Below are positions 48,167-61,300 of a stretch of 64,000 nucleotides of DNA, piece by piece. The position numbers and the translations under genes are program-made. The notes beneath the pieces are model-generated. The model saw only the letters and a program-made list of their open reading frames with translations. It did no database searches and was not told the DNA's origin. The DNA comes from Aplysia californica (lineage: Eukaryota): positions 692,667 through 756,666 of the forward strand of contig NW_004797554.1 in NCBI RefSeq assembly GCF_000002075.1, in the 5' to 3' direction. Numbering within the stretch: position 1 is the stretch's first letter; each line of letters starts with the position of its first letter.

Positions 48167-50773
48167 TTAATACATCATTGTAATGGTCACGCTACTGGTC
48201 CTGCCACCTGATCAATAACATCATGGAAGGCAGCCTCTAGGGCCTAACATCACATAGGAATTGGATGAGGGTTTACTGAGGTAGATGTTTATACTATACC
48301 CCAATCAACACAATTTAGATAATTTAGGAGGCAGGCTACTTCAACCCTGCCTGTCAGGGTCAAGGCCTGAGAGGGATACAACGTTTCAGCTGACAGAGAG
48401 ACCCAATGAGAAGCCTTCCCACATGGGAATTAAACTCACATTTTCTGCATGCCACAGCGAAGCACCAATCCGCTACACCACAGAAAGTTTAGCAGTTTGA
48501 TCCTTGATCCGACACATATCTCATCACTGATAATAACAACACTAATAACAGCAATGCTGATAAATATAACAACAAAGCCAAAATAACAACGCCAATAACA
48601 ACATCAATAACAACAAAGCCAATAACAACAACCAAGAGTTTTCTGCAACAACTTGAACAAAGAGACACGCAAAACGTGATTCATTGTTATATTTTACCTC
48701 ATCATACATACATTTCCATATAAACAATGATGATATCCTTAATTAAGCAACACTCACTTTTTTTGTCGACGACTTATTTACAGTTACACACATGTATACA
48801 TAAAACAGCTGTTAACTGTGAAACAGTTCATACAACAAATCTGCCACTGGCTACGAAAAAATACCCTCAACTTTTCTGACCCCATAGAAACATGCATGGT
48901 CAGTTTGTGGATCTTGTTGTCTAATACATCTTGAATCAAGACTTTGCTATGATCTGCATGAAGTTGTTACACAAAATCCAGACAATTCCTGAACTCTGGA
49001 TTTCTGGATTTATCCAGAAAATCGGCACCTCAAAAGAATGTACACAACATCACATGAAACTACCTGCTGTGTTGGGTATTTACTATCATGTACCTGTTTT
49101 GAAAATATTTTTGGTCCCTAGCTCCAGTCTGAGTTTACAGCTGTATGAAGAGTAGCAGTTAAGCTCCTCACCTTGCACTCAGAAGACAACAGTTCAATTC
49201 CCATTTGGGTAAGTTATATTTTATGAATGATCTCCACCTCTCACAACAAGTTGGATTTGGATTCCACTCAGCTAAGGTTGGGCCTGTTCTGTAGGTTAGA
49301 ATCAGAAGCAACCAGCTCTTAACTAATAGTACATGTTCTACACCCCCCCCCCCCCCCCTTCCTCCCTCTCTCCAAAACAAAAATTGACAAAGTTAAGAAT
49401 ATTTAGGAGACAGGCTGTTTCAACCTGACTGTTGGAGACCATCCTGGTCAAAGATACACGGCATTCCCGCCGGGAAAGACGGAGATATTCTGTAATATGG
49501 ACTTCCCCATGCACTGAACTCACGTCTTTTACCAGCAATGGTGAAGAGTCTACTCCCGTAAGTTGTCAAAACAACTTTTTTTCTTCAGAGCAGTTTCAAG
49601 AAAAAAGGGCCAGTCTGAAATTTGAATTCTAATTTATTAAAAAACTAGGGACAGTTTCAATTTGATTTTTTCATTAAAGTAGGGTAACTGATCAGGCTTT
49701 CGATTTAGCAAATAAAAAATGTTGGCACCACAATGAAAAAAAGACGTCTGTCAGCTCAGGGCAGTCTAGTTTACCAATTACACCACAAATACCAGTACCC
49801 CGCCCCTAAATGATCTAAGCTGAGTCAATGGGTTGTAGAGCAGGGGGAGGGGAGGGAGGGAGGATCTACAATCAATCCCCTTTCCTTTATCGCCCACGGA
49901 GATCATGAAGGAAAATTTGACAACCGGCCATAAAATCCACCTTTAAAAAATTACTCTGATTACTTCATCAAACAGTACTACTAGTACTTTTTTTCAAGCG
50001 GCAACATACACTCAATGTAAACATATCATCAGGTGGCTCTTCATCATGTCCTTCACTCAACTGACAAAAGAAATATATTTTACACATCACAGGTCTCAAT
50101 AATACTTATCTCAAAGTCAAAGCAACAAAGAAGGGTAAACAATTCCTCTCATGGGACAAGAGAGCGCCAAAACATTGACACACCATATAGTAGGATAAAA
50201 GAAAACATCTGATTTTAAAAACAATAAACAAGATTGCTCAATTATTCAGCTATAAAAATAACTGAATTTTATGACACACTGTACAAAACTGAATCTGCTC
50301 TTAGTTAAAATTTCGCTGTCATAAAACGGCTGAAAAAGGTAGTCCCCCATCATGCTGATGATTCTGAACTTTAGTTTTAAAAAGTGCAGAAAGTTCAAGG
50401 TTCCAGCCTATGGGGAATAAAAAAATAGGTCATCTGAACTGAAATATTCTTTTTTCTTCACCTGATATGGTGTGAGGATGTGAGGGGAGAGCAGCTATGT
50501 TTCAATGTAAGTCTTGTACAATATTAAATTCAAACAAAATCCAACTAGAAATAATAATGGTCAATAAACATGCAAGATTATTTTTTAAGCACGTGGTGAC
50601 GATTGCAACATATTTCCTGATGAGGATCACCAGCTCCGCATGATTTTCATTCCAACCACATGGCAACACAATAAAAACCCTAAAATGCATCACATAAGGG
50701 AAATAAAGTTTTTGTTCAATGTAAAAACTGTTTTAATTTCTTCCTGAATTCTAATGTTATATCACTGCAGCGA

Positions 50774-50841
50774 TCAAATCCATCGTCTTGAGGAGTTGAA
50801 GATGAACGACTGCTTGCCCACATTCACAGGACGGTAATGAG
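50774..50841 (-). CDS. STPG1: STPG1 last coding exon (AHYRPVNVGKQSFIFNSSRRWI*)
   Basis: tgttgcag acceptor; TGA at 50776-50774. Confidence 0.9.
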
Positions 50842-53800
50842 CTGCAACACAGGACGAACACATGTGAGAGCAAGAAATTTGTCTGAGATAATAAATGAAA
50901 GGAACTTTGGCAGTTGAGATCACATTGCTCATACTTGATCAAAAAGTTTACACTGTTGAGTTGTTCAAAGTATGCTGCTGCTACAAAGGCTGACAATTGA
51001 CGAAGGTGGAAAATTTTAAATAAGTAGACTAGTAGTAGTTTCTCATGTTACTGTTTTGTTTAAAGTTTCAAGTATTGTAAAAGTAGTATGAATAAAGATC
51101 ATTACTAAAAAACTAGGCTAACATTGGGTTCCATTTACAAAGCTCATTTTCACTGGGAGAAGAACGGTTTACCAATTCAGTAAAACTTTACAAAAGGGAG
51201 AAACTGACCTGGCCCCGGCATTTCTCCACTGGTGGGCTGCACAGCCCAGCGGCCTGTGGTGGAGACAAAAGCCGAGCTAGACATGTAGTGCTTGGGCGCG
51301 TCTTCAAAGTTCCGAACCTCGTATGCTCCGGGACCAGGTGCAGGAGGTGTCATGGGCAGAGGCATTGCAGGAGCAGAGATGCACAGGTAGTGTTTACGTC
51401 TGTCGAGGAGAGTAGAAAGATACGCAAAATCAGAACGTAAACTGCCACAATATTTCGCAAATAAAAAAAAAAAATCTAGGCAAAAATCACGCTGAAAAAA
51501 AGGTAGGAACAGACTACACCAGAGCATCTACAAGCCTCCCGTGTATGTCTCTGTTGAAGAAACTAAATTCAGTTTCTCATTCTAACATGCCCATACAAAA
51601 CAACACCGATGACCGCAAAAATCTGCTTTAGCACTTTGAGGTCACTTGGCTCAATAATGCACTGGTGAAAATTATCCATTCCGGTCACCTGGCGCCCAAG
51701 AAGTTGGTTGCAGTCACTCTCCTGGCTGGGTGCCAGATGGGGTATTTTGTACTGCTGGCTGCGTGACTGCAAAAGAGTTGACAAATATCCAATAAAAGAG
51801 AATCCCACATTAGCAACATGATCAGAGCAAGTGCTGCATGGCACAGAGAAAAACCTTTTGACTGCTTGAGGAACCTTTGATGGACGGCTACATTTGTAGG
51901 GATGTCTGAAATAGTCAAGTGAAGAGCAAAGAAGAAGAAGAAGTTTGTAGTTTCTTTTTATTTGTTTGNNNNNNNNNNNNNNNNNNNNNNNNNNNNNNNN
52001 NNNNNNNNNNNNNNNNNNNNNNNNNNNNNNNNNNNNNNNNNNNNNNNNNNNNNNNNNNNNNNNNNNNNNNNNNNNNNNNNNNNNNNNNNNNNNNNNNNNN
52101 NNNNNNNNNNNNNNNNNNNNNNNNTGCATGTGCACGAAAGATAAGTATAACATCTATACACGTTTATGTGAGAAAATGAGTGCACAAACAACACAACACG
52201 CACTGATGAAGAGGCTTTAAACATCAACATGAAAATCTTACGGGAATATCAGCTTAGCCGGCTGCTCCACCGGGGCATTTGGATCATACGCTCCTGGCCC
52301 AGGAATCTGAGGAATATAGTCAGAGGAACTCAACTATAGCCATATAAGCCATTCTCACACTATATTTCTTCAGTCTCACCGTCGAGAATACACATGCATG
52401 TACCAGAAAAAGTAACAGTTCATCGTTACGAAAAGTATGTATTTGTTAATAAGTCAAGCTTCAGTTCTTTTTTTGAAAAAATGTGAATATTAGTATTAGG
52501 GGCACTCCTTATTATAGGAGTTCGTTCCATTCATGGGAACCAAAAAAAGGAGGAGGAGAAGGAGGAGGGGAGGAGGGGGGGAGGGAGAGGAGGAGGAGGA
52601 GGGGAAGAAGAAGAAAAGGAAGAAGAAGAATTATAGCAATGACAATAACAGACTGTAGTTGTTCAATTTGGAATACTAGAAAGTAGGCTGAATGTGCTTT
52701 TTTACACTTTGCTACTTTCCTGACAGACCCTACTATAACATTCCAGGAAAGCATTCAGAGCAAGCTGCCACTTTACAGGTACCCAAATACTAACAAGATA
52801 CTGACAAGAAGATATCCACTCTCACCTGAAAGAAGTGAGGACAATTTATGAGCAGTGACTTCTCCACGGACACAAGGTCAGGCCCACACCAGGATTCAGC
52901 ACGTGAAGAATAATTGTAATTGCAAATTTCTACTTCCCCCACCCCAATCGACACAGTTTAGATCATTTGGGTGGCGGGCTGCCCCAGCCCTGACCATCAA
53001 GGTCAACCAAGACTGGGAGGGATACAAGGTCCCAGCAGACAGACAGAGATACTCTATAAGATTTTGAAAACCTCCTCAAACTGGAATCAAATTAACATTC
53101 TCTGCATAGGATTTAACATGAGGTAAAATTATACAGAAGGCATATAGGTGAGAACGAAGTACAACTAACAAGAGGCGTTCTACAAATCACACACTGATGA
53201 TGCGTTTAAGTGTTAACTGAAGGAAAAAAATTTAATTTTTATAAGGAAAAAGCTCAGAAATATGGGACAATTGCAAGTCTGACAGCATACAATGGAATGG
53301 AAATGGAACAAGACACAATAAAACAGTAGCCGAAGATACTACAACTTTCGGGGGGGGGGGGGGAATAAAAAATATGAAAGAAAAAGAAAACTTTAGGGTT
53401 AAACAGTTTCTATTCAATACCAAAAAAATGCTTACAGCATCAGCATCAGGCTGCATTTGTCGTTTAGAGGTGGACTTGAAACTGGAGAAGGGCACTTTTG
53501 TGCTCTGATGTAGGGGATCATCATTGATTTCGTAGTGGCCTGAAATTTTAAAATGAAATATAAAAGTATTTATATAAAGACTTTTTTTTTAACCAAAGCA
53601 CCCATTGTAAGGCTATGGCATGAGTAACTGTTTATTTGATAAGGCTGTGTAACCCACAGTTTGCCCATAATTTCTTTTAACTCTTTAGGTACAAAGCGGA
53701 CATATCTAGCCAAACTTTTGCATCCATCACAAAACGACGATTGGCGATGTTTACCACCCAGTTTCTTTGGACTTCCTTCAAAATGCTTGTGATGGCAAGG

Positions 53801-56800
53801 GTTTTACTCTATGAGCCTTGTGATGGCAAAGTGTTACGGACGTAGCGGACACATATATGTCCGACAGCAGCAGCTAAAAAGGCATGGGACATTTTACTGG
53901 AGCATGACACAGAAACTAGAGAACCCCAGTAACAATAATTTACAATACAACGAGCTTCACAGTCTGAGCACATCATGGAAGTCACTAACCTGGAGCAGGA
54001 TTTCTTTTTTGTTCAGATAAATTCATCAGCTCTCGCTTTGACGTTGATTTAAATGCAGCGTTGGCGGTGACATTATTTGCCTTTCCACTCTTGTACTTCA
54101 GAACCTGTTAAAACCAAACAATCTTTGATAAATTTACTTCGAAAACTACAAATTACTGCCTCAAGAGCAATGAAAAACAGATCCATCCAACACTAAACAA
54201 TTTGTTCCATGACAAAAAATATGAGATCTCCACGGTGCAAAACAATCACTTCGAATCGAGTGAAACACCTCTATACCCATAACATCTCTCTCTCTCTCTC
54301 TCTCTTCTGGCGCTGTGGCTTCATAAACGGTCAGCAATGCGGACAGCACGCAGGAACTCAACACTCGCCCGGGGGTCCTTGAAAAGTGCTGAAAGTGGGT
54401 TACTGAAATGTCCCAGCAGTACCCTTAACATAAAAGCGAATACACATTTCAAAAAAAGAAACCATCATTTTTTTAAAGTTACAGTCGAACGTGCTGTAAT
54501 GGCTGTTCAAGACAATAACCTGAACAAACCACTACTTCCCAACTCCCCCCCCCCCCCTCCTCTCATATCCCCTCCCCCTGCGGTTTTTTGTATATGTGTC
54601 ACAATGCAGTGGAATCGGGCGCTCGTAGATTTTTTGTCATTTAGAGTTATAGGCATCATCTTAAAGAATGTTCATTTGCCTTGCTTTAGGGGAGGAAAAT
54701 ATCCATCTATCTTGAATAGAAGTCGAGATATCCGCGACTGAAGGAGGTGTGGATCACCAAGTGTCAGAGGTAAAATTAGAAAGAAAACGGTCGTCAAAGA
54801 TCGGTGAATTCCAAAGCTTGGGGGTCCTTGGAAACTGTAAATGTGAGGCAGCATGGTGGAATCGGGCTCTCGTCAAAATAATCAAAGTGAAGAAACTTGC
54901 ATTTTTCAGCAGGTTTGTGAGTTTTTAGCAAATTTTTGTTTTTTCACTCAACACCTTTCATGCTCATTAAAAAACTCATTTCTGTGTGGATTTTTCTTAA
55001 AAACGTTGATTAAAAGCTCAAAAAATGTAAATTTTCAGTTACCACGGACTCTTTAGCTAAGGAAATAACTAATCTTTCTCACTAATTTTATCCCTGAAAA
55101 CATGTGACCCCACCTCCTTCTTTCACAAATATCTCGACTTGTATTCAAGATAAATGGATATTTTTTCTTCCAAATAAAGACAAGTGAACAAGCTTTAAAA
55201 TAAAACCTATAACTTTACATGCCCAAAAATTGACGAGAGCCTGATTCCACCACGCTGCCTCACAAATGTTCATTATTTTCCACTTTTAACAACCGTTTTT
55301 CAGTACAATTCACATATACATAAATGTATTTTTTAATGGACATGAGAGGTGTTAAGCCAAAAAAATTATAATGATTTTTTTTTAAATTGTCCAATGAGCC
55401 GAAAAATGCCTGTTTCTCTGATTTCATTATTTCAACGAGAGCCTGCTTTCACCACCATGCCTCACATATTCTAACACAGTCAAGGAAATCCACTTAAGAC
55501 AACCATATTTTTCTCCTTGACAATGTGTGGCCATTAATTAAGATGAACTTAATTTTTCTGATCAATAAAGAAAAAGGAGTGATTAAAAAAAGTGAAAAAT
55601 TAAGTTTTGAAGAAACAAATATATCAAACCTCATATGAGTTGGGGGCTGGAACTTCATTTATTTTTTCTCTCGCTTCAGCTATGGGCATCTGGAACAGTC
55701 TCTCCACCTGACATTTGTTGAAGTCTTTGCGTGTGCTGAGGAGACTGGGCAAAGCATATGACCCAGGCCCAGGCCCCGCTGAAGAGAAATACCGACCTTG
55801 TCTCTTTGACTAGAAGAAAACATAAAATGATTATAATAATAGTCAAAAATACATGAACTTGTCAAGTGTTTCAAAACACTCTTCCGAACATTACAGCAAC
55901 TGCAGCAAACCCGCACTTATCACTACATGGCATTGGACAGAAGGGCAAGAGCCCAGATGTTGCTGGATCAGTAACAACAACAACAACAACAAGTATTTCA
56001 AAACCAAAATGTACAAAAACTTTAATTCTTAAATTCAATCAAAAGAAAGTGAGTGCTCAAGTGGTACAGTCTCCATATCAAAATTTTCATATCAAGAGAA
56101 ACTATAAAATATTAGTCTGCTTCTGCTTCAATTACCCAAAACATCATGACGAAAGAAAAGAGAATACATTCAAACAGTAAACTTTTTATTTTGAAAATAC
56201 TACATAATATACAAAAACAAACCCTGATCTTCACATTTATCAAACTTACTTTCGAAGCAAAGGAACCTGTGCCCTTTTTGGAGTAGGATGGGCTGATTTT
56301 ATCAACCTTTGGAATGTCACCATAGCAACCTGGTGGTGGAGCTTCTGTCTGAAAAATGGAAATATGCAGCGGGTAGAAGGCCTATATTTGTCTTTGCTCT
56401 TTATCATCCTTCACAACAAGCTAAGACAACAATGAAGATAAAAATCTACCCGAAGTGTACAAGTAATTAGCCTTTGTGGCAGTCAAATGCTGTTTTCAGA
56501 GATACTTTCAAATGTGAGACACCCTGGTCAAAAAATGGAAGATACCAGCATTTTCTAGACAGCTTTGCAATTTTTTTTATTTTGGGGGGGCTCAACACCT
56601 TTTATCTCCTTTTAAAAATACATTTCTGTGTGGATTTTTCTGAAAAATATTCATTGAAAGCACAAAAAATGTTAATTTTCAGTTTCCTGGGACTCTCAGG
56701 TTACGCAGGTTACCAAACTTTAGCGGCCATCATTTCCTCGCTAATTTTACCTCGGAAATCAGGCGACCCCCACCTCGTTCAATTGCAAATATCTCAACTT

Positions 56801-58313
56801 CTATTCCATAAGATTGGTATTTTTTTCATTGAAAACAAGACAAATGAACAAGCTTTAAGATGATACCAATCATTCAACATGCTCAAAATTTGACAAGCGC
56901 CTGATTCCACCCGTTGCGACACAATTATGAAAACTGTTCAAATCTGGATTCATTCAAAATATAACCTGAGATTACTTTAAATTTCACCCGCACTGGTAGC
57001 AAGCAGGCCAACTTTACTTCAACTTCCCACTGCTAATTGCATACAAGAGCTCACATTTTTGCATCCTTATCAGAGAAGAATATGTACTCTATCCAATCTA
57101 ACCTTGGTTCTGGGCCGTGAAAATGAAAAATCAAGGAAAAAAACTCAGGCCAACAAAAATTTAGGATCCATTTCCTGACTTTTTCATGAAAATCAAACAC
57201 TGTGGCTGACATGATACTGAAAATAAGGAAGCTCACTTCAACCCATACTATACACGATATATGGAAAAACAGGATAATATTCTGAGTCCCAAAAATTCTT
57301 TTGAAACTTTAGTTTCGTCAACCATGGCAGATGTTTTGATAGTTCAGTTGGTGTCATGATCAACAACCACACCATTACCCTGGTTTGAATAATCAATTGG
57401 CCATTCTTAAACTCAGGTCGTTTTCAAGCCTTTCCATCCCTCTGGCTGCTTTTTCTTATGATGGATGTTAAATCTGGAGCTCTACCCTCTCAAATAACAT
57501 TTTAGCATAGAAAAGGCCATCAGACTCATACCATACCATAACAATGGTCAATTTTCTCCATACAAAAAAACATTCTTTTGTTCAGGATATATTTCTACCT
57601 AAATAAAGTGATCCTTGTCTTTGATCTGACCAAAAACATAAGCATAATATTTTTTAACATCTCTCCTCTAAAAAAACATAAAATGAGACCATAACATCAT
57701 TGCATCATTATAGAATGTGTCTTTATTCTATATAGACCCTTGAAAAATTAGAAAGCATAATAAAAAATTCATGTTGTAAATACTCTAAGTTTCTTTCTGA
57801 CTGGTGCTAATAACTGAAATTGTTCTATATCGCTTCCTTGGTCTCCCAATCAGCCTTCAAAATCTGATACTCGTATGATTTCCCACTCTTGAAGGCTTTT
57901 CAAGCTTTCTTTATAATTTTGTAATCCTAAGAAAACATGACAGCGACAAAGTCTTCCCCTTCCCCCAACCTCCCCCAAAAAAAAGAAAAATTGCATTATT
58001 GAAGCATATTGTATATCATCCATACATATCTCCATAAGAGGATAATGCTAAAGTGAGATTTCTGACACCCCATCGTTGATATTACCATCTCATTAAAAAA
58101 TGAATTACTGTTCTGCAGCATTACTCACAATGAAAGCATCCTCTTTGAAACGCTTTGCTCTGGCAAGAAATCCCTTTTTATCACTGTTATCTGTGACAAT
58201 TGTCTGAAACTTTGTTGGGATAGATGCGTTCGCTGCAACAATGCTGTGACCTGCAAAACAAATGGATTGTATTCAACAACTGAAACAAAGGTAGGCCTTT
58301 ATATATATATATT

Positions 58314-58353
<40 letters not shown>

Positions 58354-61300
58354 CGTGTTGCTTCAAAGAAAATTAATTAAGGGAACATATATTCTATAAT
58401 GTGGTACGATAAATCAACAGATATCTGATTATGATTTAAGTTGTATGTACAGGTACGAGTATGTACCAGCAAGCTAACCTCAACAAGCAGTCGTTTCTTT
58501 ACTCATTTTATTGAGATTTGTGTTGCTTTTCTTCTAATTTGTATCAATTGAAGTTATCAAACACTGTGGTAAACATTAATTAGATCTCTTCAGTTCAAAA
58601 TCATACAGCTTTTAAAGACAATCAAAACCATACTGGTCAACTCTGATGCTTTCAAATTAATTTTCATCCACTATACTTTTACAAATTATTCCATTGTGGT
58701 CTTGCATACGCTTGAGACCACTTTCCTTAACTCGAATATCAAGGCACTGACAAAAGAAAACGTAATAACTTAAAGCCAACAAATCAAAATTAGAAAGAAA
58801 AGGAAATGCATCCATACAAACAAACCTTAAATCTTCATTCAACAGAAATAAATAAAACGTAGCTGACTTTTCCATACCAATTTCAGGTCTGATACTATAT
58901 GTTCCACCTAGACGATGAAATAACAATTCATTTAGCTCTGAGTCAATATGGGTGTGGACATGAGCAAATTTGCCAAATGAAGTAACTAAGCAACATGATG
59001 TGGCAAATTACATTGTATTTGTGACCCAAGTCATCGAGCTTCTCCCGTTACCAAATCAGCACACAATATCACTACTTCAAAATGTAACAAAAAGTAGGTG
59101 TTTATAACATACCTCACTTGAGAATCACTTGTCCAAAAACATTTTATAACAGGGACACTAGGCCTAAACTAATGGATTTTGTACTGTGCGATGCATTTTG
59201 TCAAATTAACCTTCTCTAAATGCGAGGGGCATATCAAAAGTTTTTTACCTGACCATGAAGGAACAAAGGTAGAAAGCTGAAATTTGGGGTGAAAGCAAAC
59301 AATCATCTTCCTAGAATGCATATAAATTTTTGGGACTTTCCGATTACTGTTTTTAACACCAGCGCACTGTAAGTGAATGGGGGTATTTTACTCCAGTTTC
59401 AACATAAAAATGGAGAAAATTTAGCAAAGAGCAGTAACGAAGTTATCGTTCGTCCAAGGCAAGCAACTACAGGATATTTTTATGGAGATGCATACCATAT
59501 ATATGGAACTGATCGCCCCTTCCCATGCTGTGATAAAATTTTGATGTAAAGAATTCAAATACGGATTCACAGACATTGAAGATGACCAACGTGATGGTTG
59601 CCTAGGGATAGCAACAACAGAAAAGAATGTGTTGAAAAATTTTTTTTAATTGTGTTGTCTGATAGGCGAGTGACAGTCGAACAAGTGAGCAAAGAAACTA
59701 GGCTTAGCTTTGGATCGGTTGAACGAATCTTAAATGAACATTTGACTATGATCAAGGTTTCTGCGAGATGGGTTCCATGTTTGTTGACTCCTCCTCAAAA
59801 AATGCAACGTGTGGATTGTTGTCAAGAATTGCTTGGTCTGTATGAAAAGGATGAAACTAAATTTTTTGAAAGACTTGTAACCATGGATGATACATGGATC
59901 CACCACTACAATCCTGAGTCAAAATCTGCATCAACGCAGAGGAAATCGCCCTCGTCTCCAACACCATCAATTGGAAAAGTGATGCTATTAGTTTTTTGGG
60001 GATCAAGAAGGAGTAATTATGACAGACTATCTTGAAATGGACATACAATCATCGGAGACCATTATTCTAACGAACTAAAAAATTACGAAAGGCTATAAAA
60101 GAAAAACACAGGGGAAAGATCCAAAAAGGATTTTGCTGCTTCACGACAACGCGCCAGCACACACTTCAAGAAAAGCTGCAGAAACTGCGTGAGAAAGTGG
60201 CTATGAAATTTTGCCACATCCACCCTATTCTCCAGATTTAGCCCGTCCAACTTTTTTTATTCTCCAAACTGAAAAAGGATTTAAAAGGAAGGCATTTTGA
60301 AAGTGGTGATGAGGTCAAAGAAGCGGTAGAGGGCTGGTTTTCTGATAAAGAGAAGGTTTTATATTCTCAAGGTCTTTTCAGGGTCATACACCAATGACAA
60401 AAAAAGTATAACTGTGGGAGGCATAGAGAAAGATTAAGCTTAGTACCAAATTTCAGCTTTCTACCTTTATTCCTTCATGGTCAGGTAAAAAACTTGTTCA
60501 CTTTGTCTCAACAATAAAAAGTTGAATTTGACAAAGATGTTCAGTGTGCACAGTGTAATACAAAAGCCCATTTTCTTTTAACCAGCTGGGAATGAATTAA
60601 CATAAGTCTGCTCATTACTGTACATTACCTACTTCGACATCATTAACTCGTGGCCTTCACTGCCAGCAGGAATTTATATTGAACCATTGACCAACCTCAG
60701 CTTCCTGGACAAGCCAGGATTGTTTACTCTTAGCTAGTCATCAGTTTCAAAACAGGATAGCAAGACCAGTTTAAATTTAGTCAGTTCACACGACATATAG
60801 ATATTTTCTCAGGAATCTGCATGGCTATATCAAGGCAAGCATAATTTGGACTCTGAGTTTAAGTCACAGAATAAACGTAATGAGACAGAACTAGGAGAGA
60901 GAGCACATCCTTGCCCTTTTGATGGGCGAGTTAGAGACAAGAGGGTTGTCAACTTGCAACTCGTTCATAGAAGTACTTGTTTACATCGTTTTCTACCAAA
61001 GATTGTTGTTTGCCAGACGTGAAACAATAAAAGCTACAATTAACAAATATAAATTAGACTCTCCTAATACTTCAAATTTCTTCTCGCATGTTTTTTTCTG
61101 ATTGCCTATAATACATATACTGTTCAATGCAGTTTTCAGCCACAGATCATTTGATTGCTTCTGATGTGGGTTAATAAGCACTATCAAAGAGTTCTAAATT
61201 TGATTAAATTATTAAACCTGTTGACAAAATGCTTAGCTAACCCAATATAATGGCACTTTGACCACATTGGGGGGGGAGGGGGGTTATTCCATGCAGGCCT

